DNA from: Sulfuritalea sp.
Lineage (GTDB): Bacteria > Pseudomonadota > Gammaproteobacteria > Burkholderiales > Rhodocyclaceae
Direction of reading: 5' to 3'
Assembly (NCBI RefSeq): GCF_017302275.1
Contig: NZ_JAFLDR010000016.1
Coordinates: 22,156-86,155, forward strand
DNA length: 64,000 bases
Each line of letters begins with the position of its first letter. Within the stretch, counting starts at the first letter, position 1. Below the pieces are notes generated by a model. The model was given only the letters and a program-made list of their open reading frames with translations, was not told the DNA's origin and did not search any database. Shown one piece after another: positions 8,717-18,603 of the stretch. Made by a program: the position numbers and the translations under genes.

Positions 8717-9612
8717 GGCGGCGGCCGGCGGCTCCAGTAGGTCGACACCGTGAGGCCGGAAACGATGTGCCAGATGCCCCACCAGGCGGTGACGATGGCC
8801 ATGCCGCCGAGGCCGTCGAAGAAATTGAAAATCAGGATCAGGCCCAGCGCCGAGTTCTGGATGCCGACTTCAATCGACACCGCGCGCCGGTCGCGCTCGG
8901 GCAGGCCGCTGAACTTCGCCGCGAAATAGCCGGTGCTCAGTGCGAGTGCATTGTGGAGGAATACCGCGATCACCACGAATCCGACATAGTCGAGGAAGTA
9001 GCGCCAGTTGGCCGCCAGCGCGCCGATGACGAAGAGCCCGAAGACGCCGATGGAAAAAATCTTCACCGGCTTGTGGGCGCGTTCGACGAACACGGGAAAG
9101 CGATGGCCGGCCCACATACCGACGATCATCGGCAGACCCAGCAGGAGGAACACGGCGAGCAGCATGTCCAGCGGATCGAGGGCAACCACCTTGAGGATCT
9201 TTGCCGTTTCCGGGTTCAGCCCGCCCCACAGCGACAGGTTGAGCGGCGTCATGACGATGGCCACGGCGGTGGACAAGGCCGTCATGGTGATCGACAGCGC
9301 GGTGTTCCCCTTGGCGTAGTGCGTCAGGAAGTTCGAGATGTTGCCGCCCGGACAGGCGGCCACCAGCATCATGCCCAGCGCGATGCTGGCCGAGGGCTTG
9401 ATCACCATGATCAGCAGGAAGGTGAAGGCGGGCAGCAGCAGGAACTGCCCGACTATGCCGATGATCACCGGCTTGGGCATGGTCAGCACGGCCTTGAAGT
9501 CCGCCACCTTGAGGTCGAGCGCGACGCCGAACATCACCAGGCCGATGATGGCGTTGAGCAGCCACAGCGAACCCGGATTGAAATTCAGCCGGACCAGGTC
9601 CATCTCGTTCAT
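8713..9612 (-). CDS. Bile acid:sodium symporter (BASS) family transporter
   Basis: MFGVALDL, ACPGGNISN, EVGIQNSALG motifs. Confidence 0.92.
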   Translation of the reverse strand: MNEMDLVRLNFNPGSLWLLNAIIGLVMFGVALDLKVADFKAVLTMPKPVIIGIVGQFLLLPAFTFLLIMVIKPSASIALGMMLVAACPGGNISNFLTHYAKGNTALSITMTALSTAVAIVMTPLNLSLWGGLNPETAKILKVVALDPLDMLLAVFLLLGLPMIVGMWAGHRFPVFVERAHKPVKIFSIGVFGLFVIGALAANWRYFLDYVGFVVIAVFLHNALALSTGYFAAKFSGLPERDRRAVSIEVGIQNSALGLILIFNFFDGLGGMAIVTAWWGIWHIVSGLTVSTYWSRRPPP

Positions 9613-9637
9613 GGCATCGCCTCCGCCCGCGTCTGGA

Positions 9638-11389
9638 TTAAGCCTTCGGTTCCTCGTGCATCTTCTTGAAATGTATCAAACCCGGCGCCCACATGTGCTT
9701 CACCGGATCGACATCGACGTGGATCACGGCGCAGCCGCCGGTCGCCAGCGCGCGTTGCAGCGCGGGTTTCAAAGCCGCCGGATCGGAGACGCGCTCGCCG
9801 TAGGCGCCCATGCTCTCGCCCAGCTTGTCGAACTTGATTTCGCCGAGGTCGGCCTTGATCGTTTCGTCGGGATCGAGGTGCTTGAAGATCATGGTCTTGA
9901 TCGGCCGCAGCATGAACTGCTGGTTCATCTTGACCATGCCCCACTGCTTGTCGGCAAGAACGATGTAGATCACCTGCGCCTTGTTGCGCACCGCCGTCTC
10001 GACTTCCTGCGAATGGAAGCCCATGGCGCCGTCGCCGATGATGCAGCACACCGGCTTGCCCGGCCGCGCCAGCGCGGCGGCCACGGCCTGCGAGGTGCCG
10101 GCGCCGAGCATGCCGAACTTGAAAGTGGAGACCACCGTGTTGGGCACCGTGACGCGGTGGTAGAACATGGCCCAGATCGTCGCGTTGCCGCCGTCGGCGA
10201 CCAGCACCGAATCCGCGGGGAATACTTCCTGGCAGACAGCGCCGATGTGCGCCGGATGCATCGGCACCGCCATGTCGGAAAGCGCCTTGTCCCAGCCGGC
10301 GCGATCCTCCTGCATGGTCTTCGCGTAGCCGGCGACGCGGGCGCGGCGGGCATCAAGCTTGATCTCGCCCTGGCGCTTCTCCAGTTCGTCGCCCAGGCTT
10401 TCGAGGAAGCGTTTGGCATCGGCCACCACACCGAGGTCGGCGGGCTTGTTCAGCCCGATGATGTCGGCATCGATGTCGACCTGTATGGTCTTCTGCTCGG
10501 ATGGATGGCGCCAGTAGGGCGGCTTGCCCCACCAGTCGGTCTCGCCGATGCGCGAACCGAGGATCAGCACCACGTCGGCGTCGTTGCGCACCTTGTGGTT
10601 GAGCTTGACGTGGGGCATGGTGATGGCCAGCGGCGAATCCTCGCTCAACATGCCACGCGCCGCCCAGCTCGTGGTCACCGGCGCGTGCAGCAGTTCGGCG
10701 ACGCGGCGCAGGGCGTCGTAGGCGTGGCAATGGATGATGCCGCTGCCGGCGTGGATCATCGGAGCGCCCGCCGCGATCAGCCAGTCGGCCGCCTGCTTCA
10801 CCTGTTCAAGAGTCGGCGCTGACGGCACGGCGTTGCGGTACTGGTGCGGCGCCCAGAACGCCACCTCGGCCTTGACCTTGCCGTTCATGATGGTTTCCGG
10901 CACGTCCAGATGCACCACGCCGGGCCGGCCTTCCCAGCTCTTGCGCAAGGCCTTGCGCATCAGTTCCGGCACCCGGTCGAAGGAGGACACGGCCGCGCTC
11001 CACTTGCCGATCTTGCCGATGACCCCGCTCTGGTCGAAGCACTGGTAGCTGCCGCCGCGATCGGGATACATGATGGTCGGCCGGCGCGCGCTGGTGATCG
11101 CCAGCACGCGGTTGCCGTCGGCCTGCTCGACCACCAGGCCGGGCAGCAGGTTGGCGACGCCGGGGCCGTTGCTGGCCATGCAGACGCCGAGCTTGCCGGT
11201 CAGCCGGGCATAGGTGCCGGCCATGTGCGCGGCGCAGGTTTCGTGGCGCGGCGTGACGATCTCGATGCCGAGCCGGTGCAGCGCCGAATAGAAACCGAAA
11301 TAGGTGCCGTCGATGATGCCGAAGACCTTCTCGACGCCTTCCTTCTGCAACATGCGGGCGAGGATTTCGCCGCCACTGATTTCAGCCAT
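9638..11389 (-). CDS. Thiamine pyrophosphate-binding enzyme (acetolactate synthase-like / acyl-CoA lyase-like)
   Basis: RHE catalytic Glu, ASNGPG, GDGAMG TPP motif; RBS GGAGG before ATG 11389. Confidence 0.88.
   Translation of the reverse strand: MAEISGGEILARMLQKEGVEKVFGIIDGTYFGFYSALHRLGIEIVTPRHETCAAHMAGTYARLTGKLGVCMASNGPGVANLLPGLVVEQADGNRVLAITSARRPTIMYPDRGGSYQCFDQSGVIGKIGKWSAAVSSFDRVPELMRKALRKSWEGRPGVVHLDVPETIMNGKVKAEVAFWAPHQYRNAVPSAPTLEQVKQAADWLIAAGAPMIHAGSGIIHCHAYDALRRVAELLHAPVTTSWAARGMLSEDSPLAITMPHVKLNHKVRNDADVVLILGSRIGETDWWGKPPYWRHPSEQKTIQVDIDADIIGLNKPADLGVVADAKRFLESLGDELEKRQGEIKLDARRARVAGYAKTMQEDRAGWDKALSDMAVPMHPAHIGAVCQEVFPADSVLVADGGNATIWAMFYHRVTVPNTVVSTFKFGMLGAGTSQAVAAALARPGKPVCCIIGDGAMGFHSQEVETAVRNKAQVIYIVLADKQWGMVKMNQQFMLRPIKTMIFKHLDPDETIKADLGEIKFDKLGESMGAYGERVSDPAALKPALQRALATGGCAVIHVDVDPVKHMWAPGLIHFKKMHEEPKA
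10808..10830 (+). repeat. Dispersed 23-bp motif, short form inside TPP enzyme CDS
   Basis: AAGAGTCGGCGCTGACGGCACGG; encodes VPSAPTL on the minus strand. Confidence 0.8.
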
Positions 11390-11512
11390 GATTGCCTCCT
11401 TGCAAAGAATTCTTGTCATCGCCCGCGAGCGACGCTTTTGCGCAAGATTAGTCGCTTGCCGCAAAACATCGCTTGTCGCAGAATGCCACCCACTTTGTCA
11501 TTTCACGACAGC

Positions 11513-12586
11513 ATGCGACGAACCGATCCCCAGCCCGAGCCCGACCCGGCCGCCGCGCCCGGCGTCGGCGCCGGCTATGCGCGCCGCCTGTGCGAACTGG
11601 TCGAGCGCTTCGGCCTGCCGCGTCAGGGGCTGCTGCGCCACGCCGGCGCCGATCTCGCCGGTTGGGATCCGGCGCAGGCGCGCATCCCGCTCCCGGCACT
11701 GCTCGCGCTGTTTCGTTCGGCGCTGGTCCTCACCGGCCGGCGCGACCTCGGCCTCGAATTCGGCCGCCACGCCCGGCCGGACACCTTCGAGGTACTCGGC
11801 TACGCGCTGATGACTTGCCGCAACCTCGGCGAGGCCATCAGCCTGGTACCCCGCTATCGCCACGTCGTTTTCGACGCCGGCTACAGCGAAACCCGACTTG
11901 CCCGCGAAGGCGATGCCCTCAAGTTCTCCTGGGTCATCCTGCCCGAGGCCAGCGAAGCCGGCCTGCCCTACAGCGACGTCCTGGCGGAATCCCTGATCGC
12001 CAGCTGGTATGGCCTCGGGCGCTGGATCGCCGGCGCCGATCTGCCCCTGCGCGAAGCACGGTTCCGCCATGCCGCGCCGGAAGACAGCCTGCCCTTCGCC
12101 AATTTTTTTGCCTGCCCCGTGCGCTTTGACGCTGGCGAGAACGCGCTGCTGTTCGCCGCCGAACTGCTGGAGCAACCGCTGGTCCAGGCCGATGCCGAAC
12201 TCAACCTGGCAATGTGCGACGAAGCGCGCCGTTTCATCGAGCGCCGCCACGGCGACACCGGCATCGCCGCCCAGGTCCGCCGGGTGCTGGCACCGCTGAT
12301 GCCGAAGTGCGAGGCGACCCTGGCGCACGTCGCCGGCGCCATGGGCATCACGCCGCGCACCCTGCAACGCCGTCTCGCCAGCGCCGACTGTTCGTTTCAG
12401 GGGCTGCTCGACGACACGCGCCGCGAACTGGCGCAGGTGTATCTGCGCGATGCCGCCTTGTCGGCTCTGGATGTCGCCCTGCTGCTGGGCTATGCCGAGC
12501 AAAGCTCGTTCACCCGCGCCTTCCGCCACTGGTTCGACACCACGCCGTCCGCTTGGCGTGCCCGCCACGCACCACCCTCGACCTGA
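11513..12586 (+). CDS. AraC family transcriptional regulator (arabinose-binding_2 type N-domain)
   Basis: C-terminal double HTH: AMGITPRTLQRRL, LLLGYAEQSSFTRAFRHWFDTTPSAWR; divergent from the TPP operon. Confidence 0.92.
   Translation: MRRTDPQPEPDPAAAPGVGAGYARRLCELVERFGLPRQGLLRHAGADLAGWDPAQARIPLPALLALFRSALVLTGRRDLGLEFGRHARPDTFEVLGYALMTCRNLGEAISLVPRYRHVVFDAGYSETRLAREGDALKFSWVILPEASEAGLPYSDVLAESLIASWYGLGRWIAGADLPLREARFRHAAPEDSLPFANFFACPVRFDAGENALLFAAELLEQPLVQADAELNLAMCDEARRFIERRHGDTGIAAQVRRVLAPLMPKCEATLAHVAGAMGITPRTLQRRLASADCSFQGLLDDTRRELAQVYLRDAALSALDVALLLGYAEQSSFTRAFRHWFDTTPSAWRARHAPPST
12370..12392 (-). repeat. Dispersed 23-bp motif, short form inside AraC CDS
   Basis: AACAGTCGGCGCTGGCGAGACGG (reverse strand); encodes RLASADC. 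Confidence 0.8.
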
Positions 12587-12617
12587 ATTGCAGCACCCCC
12601 GTCCCGGAGACAACGCC

Positions 12618-13712
12618 ATGCGCCAACTCATCATGCTTGCCTTGATGATCTTTCCGCCGCTCACCGTCGCGCAATCGCTGGGCAGCATCAAGCTGCCTCC
12701 CGGCTTTTCGATCGAGCATTGGGCGAAGGTAGACAACGCGCGCCAGATGGCGCTGGGCGCGACCGACACCCGGGGTGGCGTGCTCTACGTCGGCTCGCGC
12801 CGGGCCGGCACCGTGCACGCGGTGCGCTTCGACGCCGCCTATCGCGCCGGCGCCGCGATCCGCGTCGCCGCCGGACTGAACATGCCCAGCGGCCTGGCCT
12901 GGCGCAATGGCGCGCTGTATGTCGGCGCGGTGAACCGCGTCCTGCGCTACGATGACATCGACAATCGCCTCGACAATCCGCCAGCGCCGGTGGTGGTCAC
13001 CGACAGCCTGCCGCATGACACCCACCACGGCTGGAAGTTCATTGCCTTCGGCCCCGACGGCAAGCTTTACGTGCCAGTCGGCGCGCCCTGCAACATCTGC
13101 GAACCCGGCGAGCCCTACGCATCCATATTGCGCATGAACGCCGACGGCTCGGGGCGCGAGGTATTCGCGCGCGGCGTGCGCAACAGCGTCGGCTTCGACT
13201 GGAGCCCTGTCGACGGCACGCTGTGGTTCACCGACAACGGCCGCGACCTGATGGGCGACGATGTCCCGCCCGATGAACTGAATCGCGCACCACGCGCCGG
13301 CATGCATTTCGGCTACCCGTATTGCCACGGCGGCGAGATCGCCGACCCCGAATACGGCGTGCGGCGCAAGTGCGCCGACTTCGAACCGCCGGCGCGGAAA
13401 CTCGACCCGCACGTGGCGGGACTCGGCATGCGCTTCTACTCCGGCACGATGTTCCCCGCTGAGTACCGCAACCAGATCTTCATCGCCGAGCACGGCTCGT
13501 GGAACCGCTCGAAGAAGATCGGCTACAGGGTTTCGCTGGTGCGCGTGAAGGATGGCCGCGCCGTGAGTTATGAAACTTTCGCGAGCGGCTGGCTGCAGGG
13601 CGAATCGGCCTGGGGCCGGCCGGCCGACGTGCTGGTGCTGCCTGACGGATCGCTGCTGGTGGCCGACGACCAGGCCGGCGCGATCTATCGCATCCGCTAC
13701 GGCGCGCGTTGA
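12618..13712 (+). CDS. PQQ-dependent sugar / sorbosone dehydrogenase family protein
   Basis: Signal peptide; HHGWKFIAFGPDGKLY, GVRNSVGFDW, DNGRD, GRPADV; RBS GGAG. Confidence 0.88.
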   Translation: MRQLIMLALMIFPPLTVAQSLGSIKLPPGFSIEHWAKVDNARQMALGATDTRGGVLYVGSRRAGTVHAVRFDAAYRAGAAIRVAAGLNMPSGLAWRNGALYVGAVNRVLRYDDIDNRLDNPPAPVVVTDSLPHDTHHGWKFIAFGPDGKLYVPVGAPCNICEPGEPYASILRMNADGSGREVFARGVRNSVGFDWSPVDGTLWFTDNGRDLMGDDVPPDELNRAPRAGMHFGYPYCHGGEIADPEYGVRRKCADFEPPARKLDPHVAGLGMRFYSGTMFPAEYRNQIFIAEHGSWNRSKKIGYRVSLVRVKDGRAVSYETFASGWLQGESAWGRPADVLVLPDGSLLVADDQAGAIYRIRYGAR

Positions 13713-15478
13713 ACGGGCGCCGTCTGCGGCGCAAGCAGCACCGCCAGCGCTTCGCGCAGCTGCTCCAGCTTGACCGGCTTGGTGATGAATCCGTTCATGC
13801 CGGCCGCAGTGCAGGCCACGCCGTAATCCTCGGCCGAATTTCCGGTCATGGCGATGATGGGCAGCGGCGGCCTGCCGCGGTCGCGTTCGCGGGCGCGGAT
13901 CGCGCGCGTCGCGGAGATGCCGTCCATGCCCGGCATCTGCAGGTCCATCAGGATCGCGTGGTAGCCGCCCGCCTCGGCCATCGCCACCGCCTGCTCACCA
14001 TCGGCGGCGACATCGACAACCGCCTGCAGCCTCTGGAGCATCGCGCAGGCCACCAACTGGTTGACCGGGTTGTCTTCCGCCAGCAGCACGCGCAGGCCGG
14101 CACCGGCCGGCGCAGCGACTGCAACGGCGACAGGCGCGGGGGCGATCGGCGCCTGCGCCACGCGCAGCGGCATCACGAGGCTGAAGATAGATCCGCTGCC
14201 GGGGCGGCTAGTGGCTTCCAGCGTGCCGCCAAGAAGTTGCGCCAGCTGACGCGCAATCGCCAGGCCGAGACCCGTGCCGCCATAGCTGCGGGCGATGGAT
14301 TCGTCGGCCTGGACGAAGGGCTCGAACACGGCGCGCAATTTGTCGGCGCCGATGCCGATGCCGCTGTCGCTCACCGCGAGGTGCAGCTTGCGGCCGCCAT
14401 CGGCGGCCGACAGGCGAACGCCGACCGTACCGCTGGCGGTGAACTTGAGCGCATTGGAAATCAGGTTGGCGGCGATCTGCCGCAGCTTGACGCCATCGGT
14501 CTCGATCCATTGCGGCAGGTCCGGCGCCAGGTCGACCTCGAACGCCAGTCCCTTGTCGCCGGCGCGCGCACCGAACAGCGCACGCAGGTCGCTGGCCATG
14601 GCGTTCAGATCGAAGGGCGCCGGTTCGACGCTGACATGTCCAGCGCGCATCCGGGCATGGTCGAGGATGGCATTCACCAGGTCGACGAGATTGCTGGTGC
14701 TGCTCCACAGGGCCTTGACCAGCGGTGCCTGCTCGGGGGAAAGCGTGGACTGGCGCATCAGTTCCACGGTGCCGGCGATGCCGGTCAATGGCGTGCGTAT
14801 TTCGTGCGTCAGGTTGGCGAAGAACCGCTCCTTGGCCTGCGACGCCTCGACCGCCACGTTCCGCGCTTGCGAAGTTTCCTCGAGGGCGCGGCGCAAGGCC
14901 TCGTTGCGTAGCGCCAACTCCCGCGTCAGCCTGCGACGCGCATCGAGCGCGATGTAGGCAAAGAATCCGCTGATGGTCAGGACCGCGATGACCGACATGG
15001 CCATGACCAGTTCGGCCTCGGGCACCACCACTTTGGGCTGCAACCAGCCCTGGCGGGCCGCGACCACCACGCCGACGGTTTCGATGATCGCCACGAGCAT
15101 GCAATACGCCGCCAGGCGGAAACGGCCGAGCATCACCACAGCAACGAAGGGCACCAGCAGCCAGATCACGATGCCGTTGTTGATCGAGGCCAGCAGCAGC
15201 AACTGGTAGCCGAACAGCAGCATACCGAGCGTGATGGCGAGAAGCAGGGAAAAGCCAGGATCGCGACCCGGCACCACGGCGATCAAACCCAGCACCAAGG
15301 CCGCAAGCACATGCGGCATGGCGAACTCGACCGGGCCGCGCAGGCCGTAGATCGCCGCGAACAGCAGCGCCGAGACGGCGCAGAACAGCGTCCCCCGGGT
15401 GATCATGGCGCGAGTCAGGTCGAGTTCCAGCGAATCGCCGGAAACGGTGAGCGGCGGCGCCGCGTGTTTCTGGTCCAT
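13697..15478 (-). CDS. Membrane hybrid sensor histidine kinase/response regulator
   Basis: 5-6 TM helices, HisKA (NLTHEIRTPL), HATPase (NALKFT, DSGIGI, GGTGLGL), REC (LMDLQMPGMDG). Confidence 0.93.
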   Translation of the reverse strand: MDQKHAAPPLTVSGDSLELDLTRAMITRGTLFCAVSALLFAAIYGLRGPVEFAMPHVLAALVLGLIAVVPGRDPGFSLLLAITLGMLLFGYQLLLLASINNGIVIWLLVPFVAVVMLGRFRLAAYCMLVAIIETVGVVVAARQGWLQPKVVVPEAELVMAMSVIAVLTISGFFAYIALDARRRLTRELALRNEALRRALEETSQARNVAVEASQAKERFFANLTHEIRTPLTGIAGTVELMRQSTLSPEQAPLVKALWSSTSNLVDLVNAILDHARMRAGHVSVEPAPFDLNAMASDLRALFGARAGDKGLAFEVDLAPDLPQWIETDGVKLRQIAANLISNALKFTASGTVGVRLSAADGGRKLHLAVSDSGIGIGADKLRAVFEPFVQADESIARSYGGTGLGLAIARQLAQLLGGTLEATSRPGSGSIFSLVMPLRVAQAPIAPAPVAVAVAAPAGAGLRVLLAEDNPVNQLVACAMLQRLQAVVDVAADGEQAVAMAEAGGYHAILMDLQMPGMDGISATRAIRARERDRGRPPLPIIAMTGNSAEDYGVACTAAGMNGFITKPVKLEQLREALAVLLAPQTAPVQRAP

Positions 15479-15517
15479 GGGCTGTCGGTTCTTCAGCCGG
15501 GAGCGCGAGGTATTGCC

Positions 15518-15928
15518 TCAGCCGCCGCCTTGCTGGCGCGCAAGTCCGCCAAAGCCGACAACGAAATCGGCCAGCTTGCGATCGTGGTCGACGACGTGCG
15601 GCAGGAAGGAAAAATCCAGCGCCGGGTGTCCCCGCGCCGCGTCGCCGTTGGGATCGAGCGTGGCTACCTTCATGCGTTCGATGGTTTGCAGGATTTCGTC
15701 ATGCACGCGCTTGTGCTCGATCACCTCGGGAAAGGCAATGATGCGCATCAGCGACTCCTCGACGGCGAAATGAAAGCGCAGCAATTCGTAAAGCCGCACC
15801 ATGAGGTAGTGCACGCTATGCCAGGCTTCCTTCGTCGCGACCGCCTCGATCACGGCAGTGGCCACCTGTTCGATCTCCAGATGCTGCGCGTCGATTTCGT
15901 CGATGCCGGTATGGTACTTGGCGTCCAT
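15518..15928 (-). CDS. Bacteriohemerythrin (single-domain hemerythrin)
   Basis: IDAQH, HFAVEE, EHKRVH, HVVDHD di-iron ligand pattern. Confidence 0.9.
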   Translation of the reverse strand: MDAKYHTGIDEIDAQHLEIEQVATAVIEAVATKEAWHSVHYLMVRLYELLRFHFAVEESLMRIIAFPEVIEHKRVHDEILQTIERMKVATLDPNGDAARGHPALDFSFLPHVVDHDRKLADFVVGFGGLARQQGGG

Positions 15929-16103
15929 GGATAGAATCAGTCGTGGGCAGTGTGTTGAATTGTATGCGACAGCGTACCGGGAATGAAAACCCGGCGCCAT
16001 CCGTATATACCCCGATCCTCACTCGTTCAGCGCACCCGCGACGCGAATGCCCGTGATGCCATCGTTGCCGAAATGCCCCGCCAGATCCAGCCCCGCCAGC
16101 TCA

Positions 16104-16150
16104 CCGTGTCGCCAGCGACCGAAGGAAGCCCCTGCGGGGTGCCGACTCTC
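16104..16150 (-). repeat. Dispersed motif, long form with 24-nt insert
   Basis: GAGAGTCGGCAC[CCCGCAGGGGCTTCCTTCGGTCGC]TGGCGACACGG, abutting the selD stop codon. Confidence 0.85.
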
Positions 16151-18425
16151 AAGCCAGCAAGGAAATCGGCTCCAGCGCCCTGCCCTGCGCCAGGACACGG
16201 CCGATGCGGACGGCCTGCGGATACCCGGCGGCTCGCAGTGCCGCGAGGCAGGCCTCGGCGCGCTCCGCCGGCAGGCTGGCCAGCAGGCCGCCGGCAGTCT
16301 GCGGGTCGAACAGCAGCGGATAGCTGGCGTGGCCCAGGGCCTCTTCCTGGTTCTTCAGCGCGCGGCGCAGGCGCAGGTTGGCTGGCTGCAGCGAACTGAG
16401 GACACCCGCTGCGACGCATTCGGCGGCGCCGGCCAGCAGCGGCAGCGCGGCGAGGTCGAGTTCCGCATCGACTCCCGAAGGCTTGGTCATCTCGACCAAG
16501 TGGCCGAGCAGGCCGAAGCCAGTGAGGTCGGTGCAGGCCGTCGCGCCGTGGGCCAGCAGCACCGGCATCGCGGCGCGGTTCGACACCTGCATCGATTCCA
16601 GTGCGGCATCGATCCACCGGCCGCGCGCTTTCAGCAGCTTGTGCGCGGCGAACAGGGTGCCGGTGCCGATCGGTTTGGTCAGGATCAGCGCATCGCCGGG
16701 GCGCATGCCGCCCTTGGTCAGCACCCCGGCCAGGCGCTCGTCGATCAGGCCGTTGATGGCGAAGCCCAGCGCCAGTTCGCCGCCCTCCCCGGTGTGGCCG
16801 CCGACCAGCGCGCAGCCGGCCTCGTTGAGCACCGAGACCGCGCCCGCCATCATCTGGAACACGATGTCCTCGACCTTGGCTTCCAGCCCCGGGGGCACGG
16901 TGGCGATGGCGGTGGCCGACTGCGCCTCGGCGCCCATGGCGAAGATGTCGCCGAGGGCATGGTTGGCCGCGATGCGGCCGAAAGTCCAGGGGTCGTCGAT
17001 GAAGGCGCGGAAGAAATCGACCGTATGCACCATGGCCTTTCCCACCGGCACCTTCACCACGGCGGCGTCGTCCGGCGCGTGCAGGCCGATCAATACGTCG
17101 TCGCGTTCGATCGGCTGCACGCTGGCCAGGGCACGCGACAGCACGCTGGCGCCGACCTTGGCACCGCAACCGCCGCAGCGCATGGCGACCGCCGAGATGG
17201 CCTGCGACTGCTCCTCGGCCGCCAGCGGCACGTCGTCGCGATCGAACTGGCGCTCGGCTGCCATCGGCGTCAACTCGGTGAACTTGCGCATGAAGCGGCG
17301 GTCGATCCAGTCCTTCCAGCGCCAGATCCAGTCGCCGCGCGCGTAGAGCGCGCCGCGCGAGGCGACGGCGTGGCGGTCGCCGGTGCTGATCAGGGCCAGC
17401 CAGCGCAGTTGCGGTCGATAGCGCGCGAGTTCCTGGCGGGTCAGTGTGCGGCGCAGGTTTTCCGCCAGCGGGCGGCCCATGCGCACGGCGAAGACGCCAG
17501 CCTTTTCCAGCCGCTGACCGCGCATCGAAGCGCAATCGCCGGCGGCGAAGATCTGCGGATCGGTCTCGCTCTGCAGGAAATCATTGACGCGAATGAAACC
17601 CGACTCGTCCAGCGCCAGCCCGGTGTCGGCCAGCCAGCCGGCGCCGCCGGCCTGGGTGACCCAGACAATCTCGTCGGCTTCGAGCGTCTCGCCGGCCTGC
17701 GTTTGCAGGCGCCCGGCATCGACTCGCACCACTTCCGCGGCGCGGTGCGTCACCACGCCCCGTGTCGCCAGCACCGACTCGAAGGCGCGGCGCACCGAGG
17801 TGTTGTGAGTGGGCAGGATGGCCGCCTCGGCGGAAAACAGGTGGAAGCGCAGTTCGTCGGGATTGCGCCCGAGCGCGACGAGTTCGTTGCGCAGCCGGTA
17901 TTGCATCGCCAGCGTAAGCTCGACCCCCGCGGCGCCGGCGCCGACCACGGCGATGGTGGTCGTCCCGGCATGGGCGCGCACGCGCTCGAACAGTGCCAGC
18001 CAGCGTTCGTTGAAGCGGCGGATCGGCTTCACCGGCACCGCATGGTCGGCGGCGCCTGGCACCCGGTCGAGCCTGGGCGTCGAGCCGATGTTGATCGACA
18101 GCGCGTCGTAGGCGACGGGCGGTCGATTGCGGCAGATCACCTTGCGTTCGCGGCGGTCGATGCCTGTCACCTCGTCGCGATAGTAGCGCGCACCGGCGAA
18201 TTCGGCCAGGCGGCGCAGGTCGATGTGGACTTCGTCGAAGCCGTAATGCCCGGCGATGTAGCCCGGCAGCATGCCCGAATATGGCGTATCGGTATCGGTG
18301 CAGATCACCGTCAGGCGCACGCCGGGCAGCGGCTTCATGGCGAACATGTGCAGCACGCCGACATGGCTGTGGCCGCCGCCGATCAGGACGATGTCGCGCA
18401 AAACAGGTGATGCCTTGGCCTGCAT
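16149..18425 (-). CDS. selD: FAD-dependent pyridine nucleotide-disulfide oxidoreductase fused to selenide,water dikinase (Cys form)
   Basis: N-domain LIGGGHSH, YSGMLPG, FAAGDC; C-domain CGGCGAK, DDAAV, TVDFF, GGHT, TDLTGFGLLGHL, DPQTAGGLL. Confidence 0.93.
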   Translation of the reverse strand: MQAKASPVLRDIVLIGGGHSHVGVLHMFAMKPLPGVRLTVICTDTDTPYSGMLPGYIAGHYGFDEVHIDLRRLAEFAGARYYRDEVTGIDRRERKVICRNRPPVAYDALSINIGSTPRLDRVPGAADHAVPVKPIRRFNERWLALFERVRAHAGTTTIAVVGAGAAGVELTLAMQYRLRNELVALGRNPDELRFHLFSAEAAILPTHNTSVRRAFESVLATRGVVTHRAAEVVRVDAGRLQTQAGETLEADEIVWVTQAGGAGWLADTGLALDESGFIRVNDFLQSETDPQIFAAGDCASMRGQRLEKAGVFAVRMGRPLAENLRRTLTRQELARYRPQLRWLALISTGDRHAVASRGALYARGDWIWRWKDWIDRRFMRKFTELTPMAAERQFDRDDVPLAAEEQSQAISAVAMRCGGCGAKVGASVLSRALASVQPIERDDVLIGLHAPDDAAVVKVPVGKAMVHTVDFFRAFIDDPWTFGRIAANHALGDIFAMGAEAQSATAIATVPPGLEAKVEDIVFQMMAGAVSVLNEAGCALVGGHTGEGGELALGFAINGLIDERLAGVLTKGGMRPGDALILTKPIGTGTLFAAHKLLKARGRWIDAALESMQVSNRAAMPVLLAHGATACTDLTGFGLLGHLVEMTKPSGVDAELDLAALPLLAGAAECVAAGVLSSLQPANLRLRRALKNQEEALGHASYPLLFDPQTAGGLLASLPAERAEACLAALRAAGYPQAVRIGRVLAQGRALEPISLLA

Positions 18426-18511
18426 TCAATGCTCTCCGGATGGGCCGCCGATCATACGCGAAGCCGCGCGTGCGGCGGCGGCGAAGCAAACCGTGGAAAC
18501 CCTGATTTGGT

Positions 18512-18584
18512 CCGTTCGCGTTGAGCCTGTCGAAACGCAAGTCTGCCAGATCAGGGGCTTCGACAAGCTCAGCCCGAACGGTGG
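18512..18584. repeat. Inverted pair of REP-like elements forming a long hairpin
   Basis: CCGTTCGCGTTGAGCCTGTCGAA ... TTCGACAAGCTCAGCCCGAACGG; same family as 7712-7742. Confidence 0.8.
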
Positions 18585-18603
18585 ATACTGGATCGGCGCT
18601 TCC

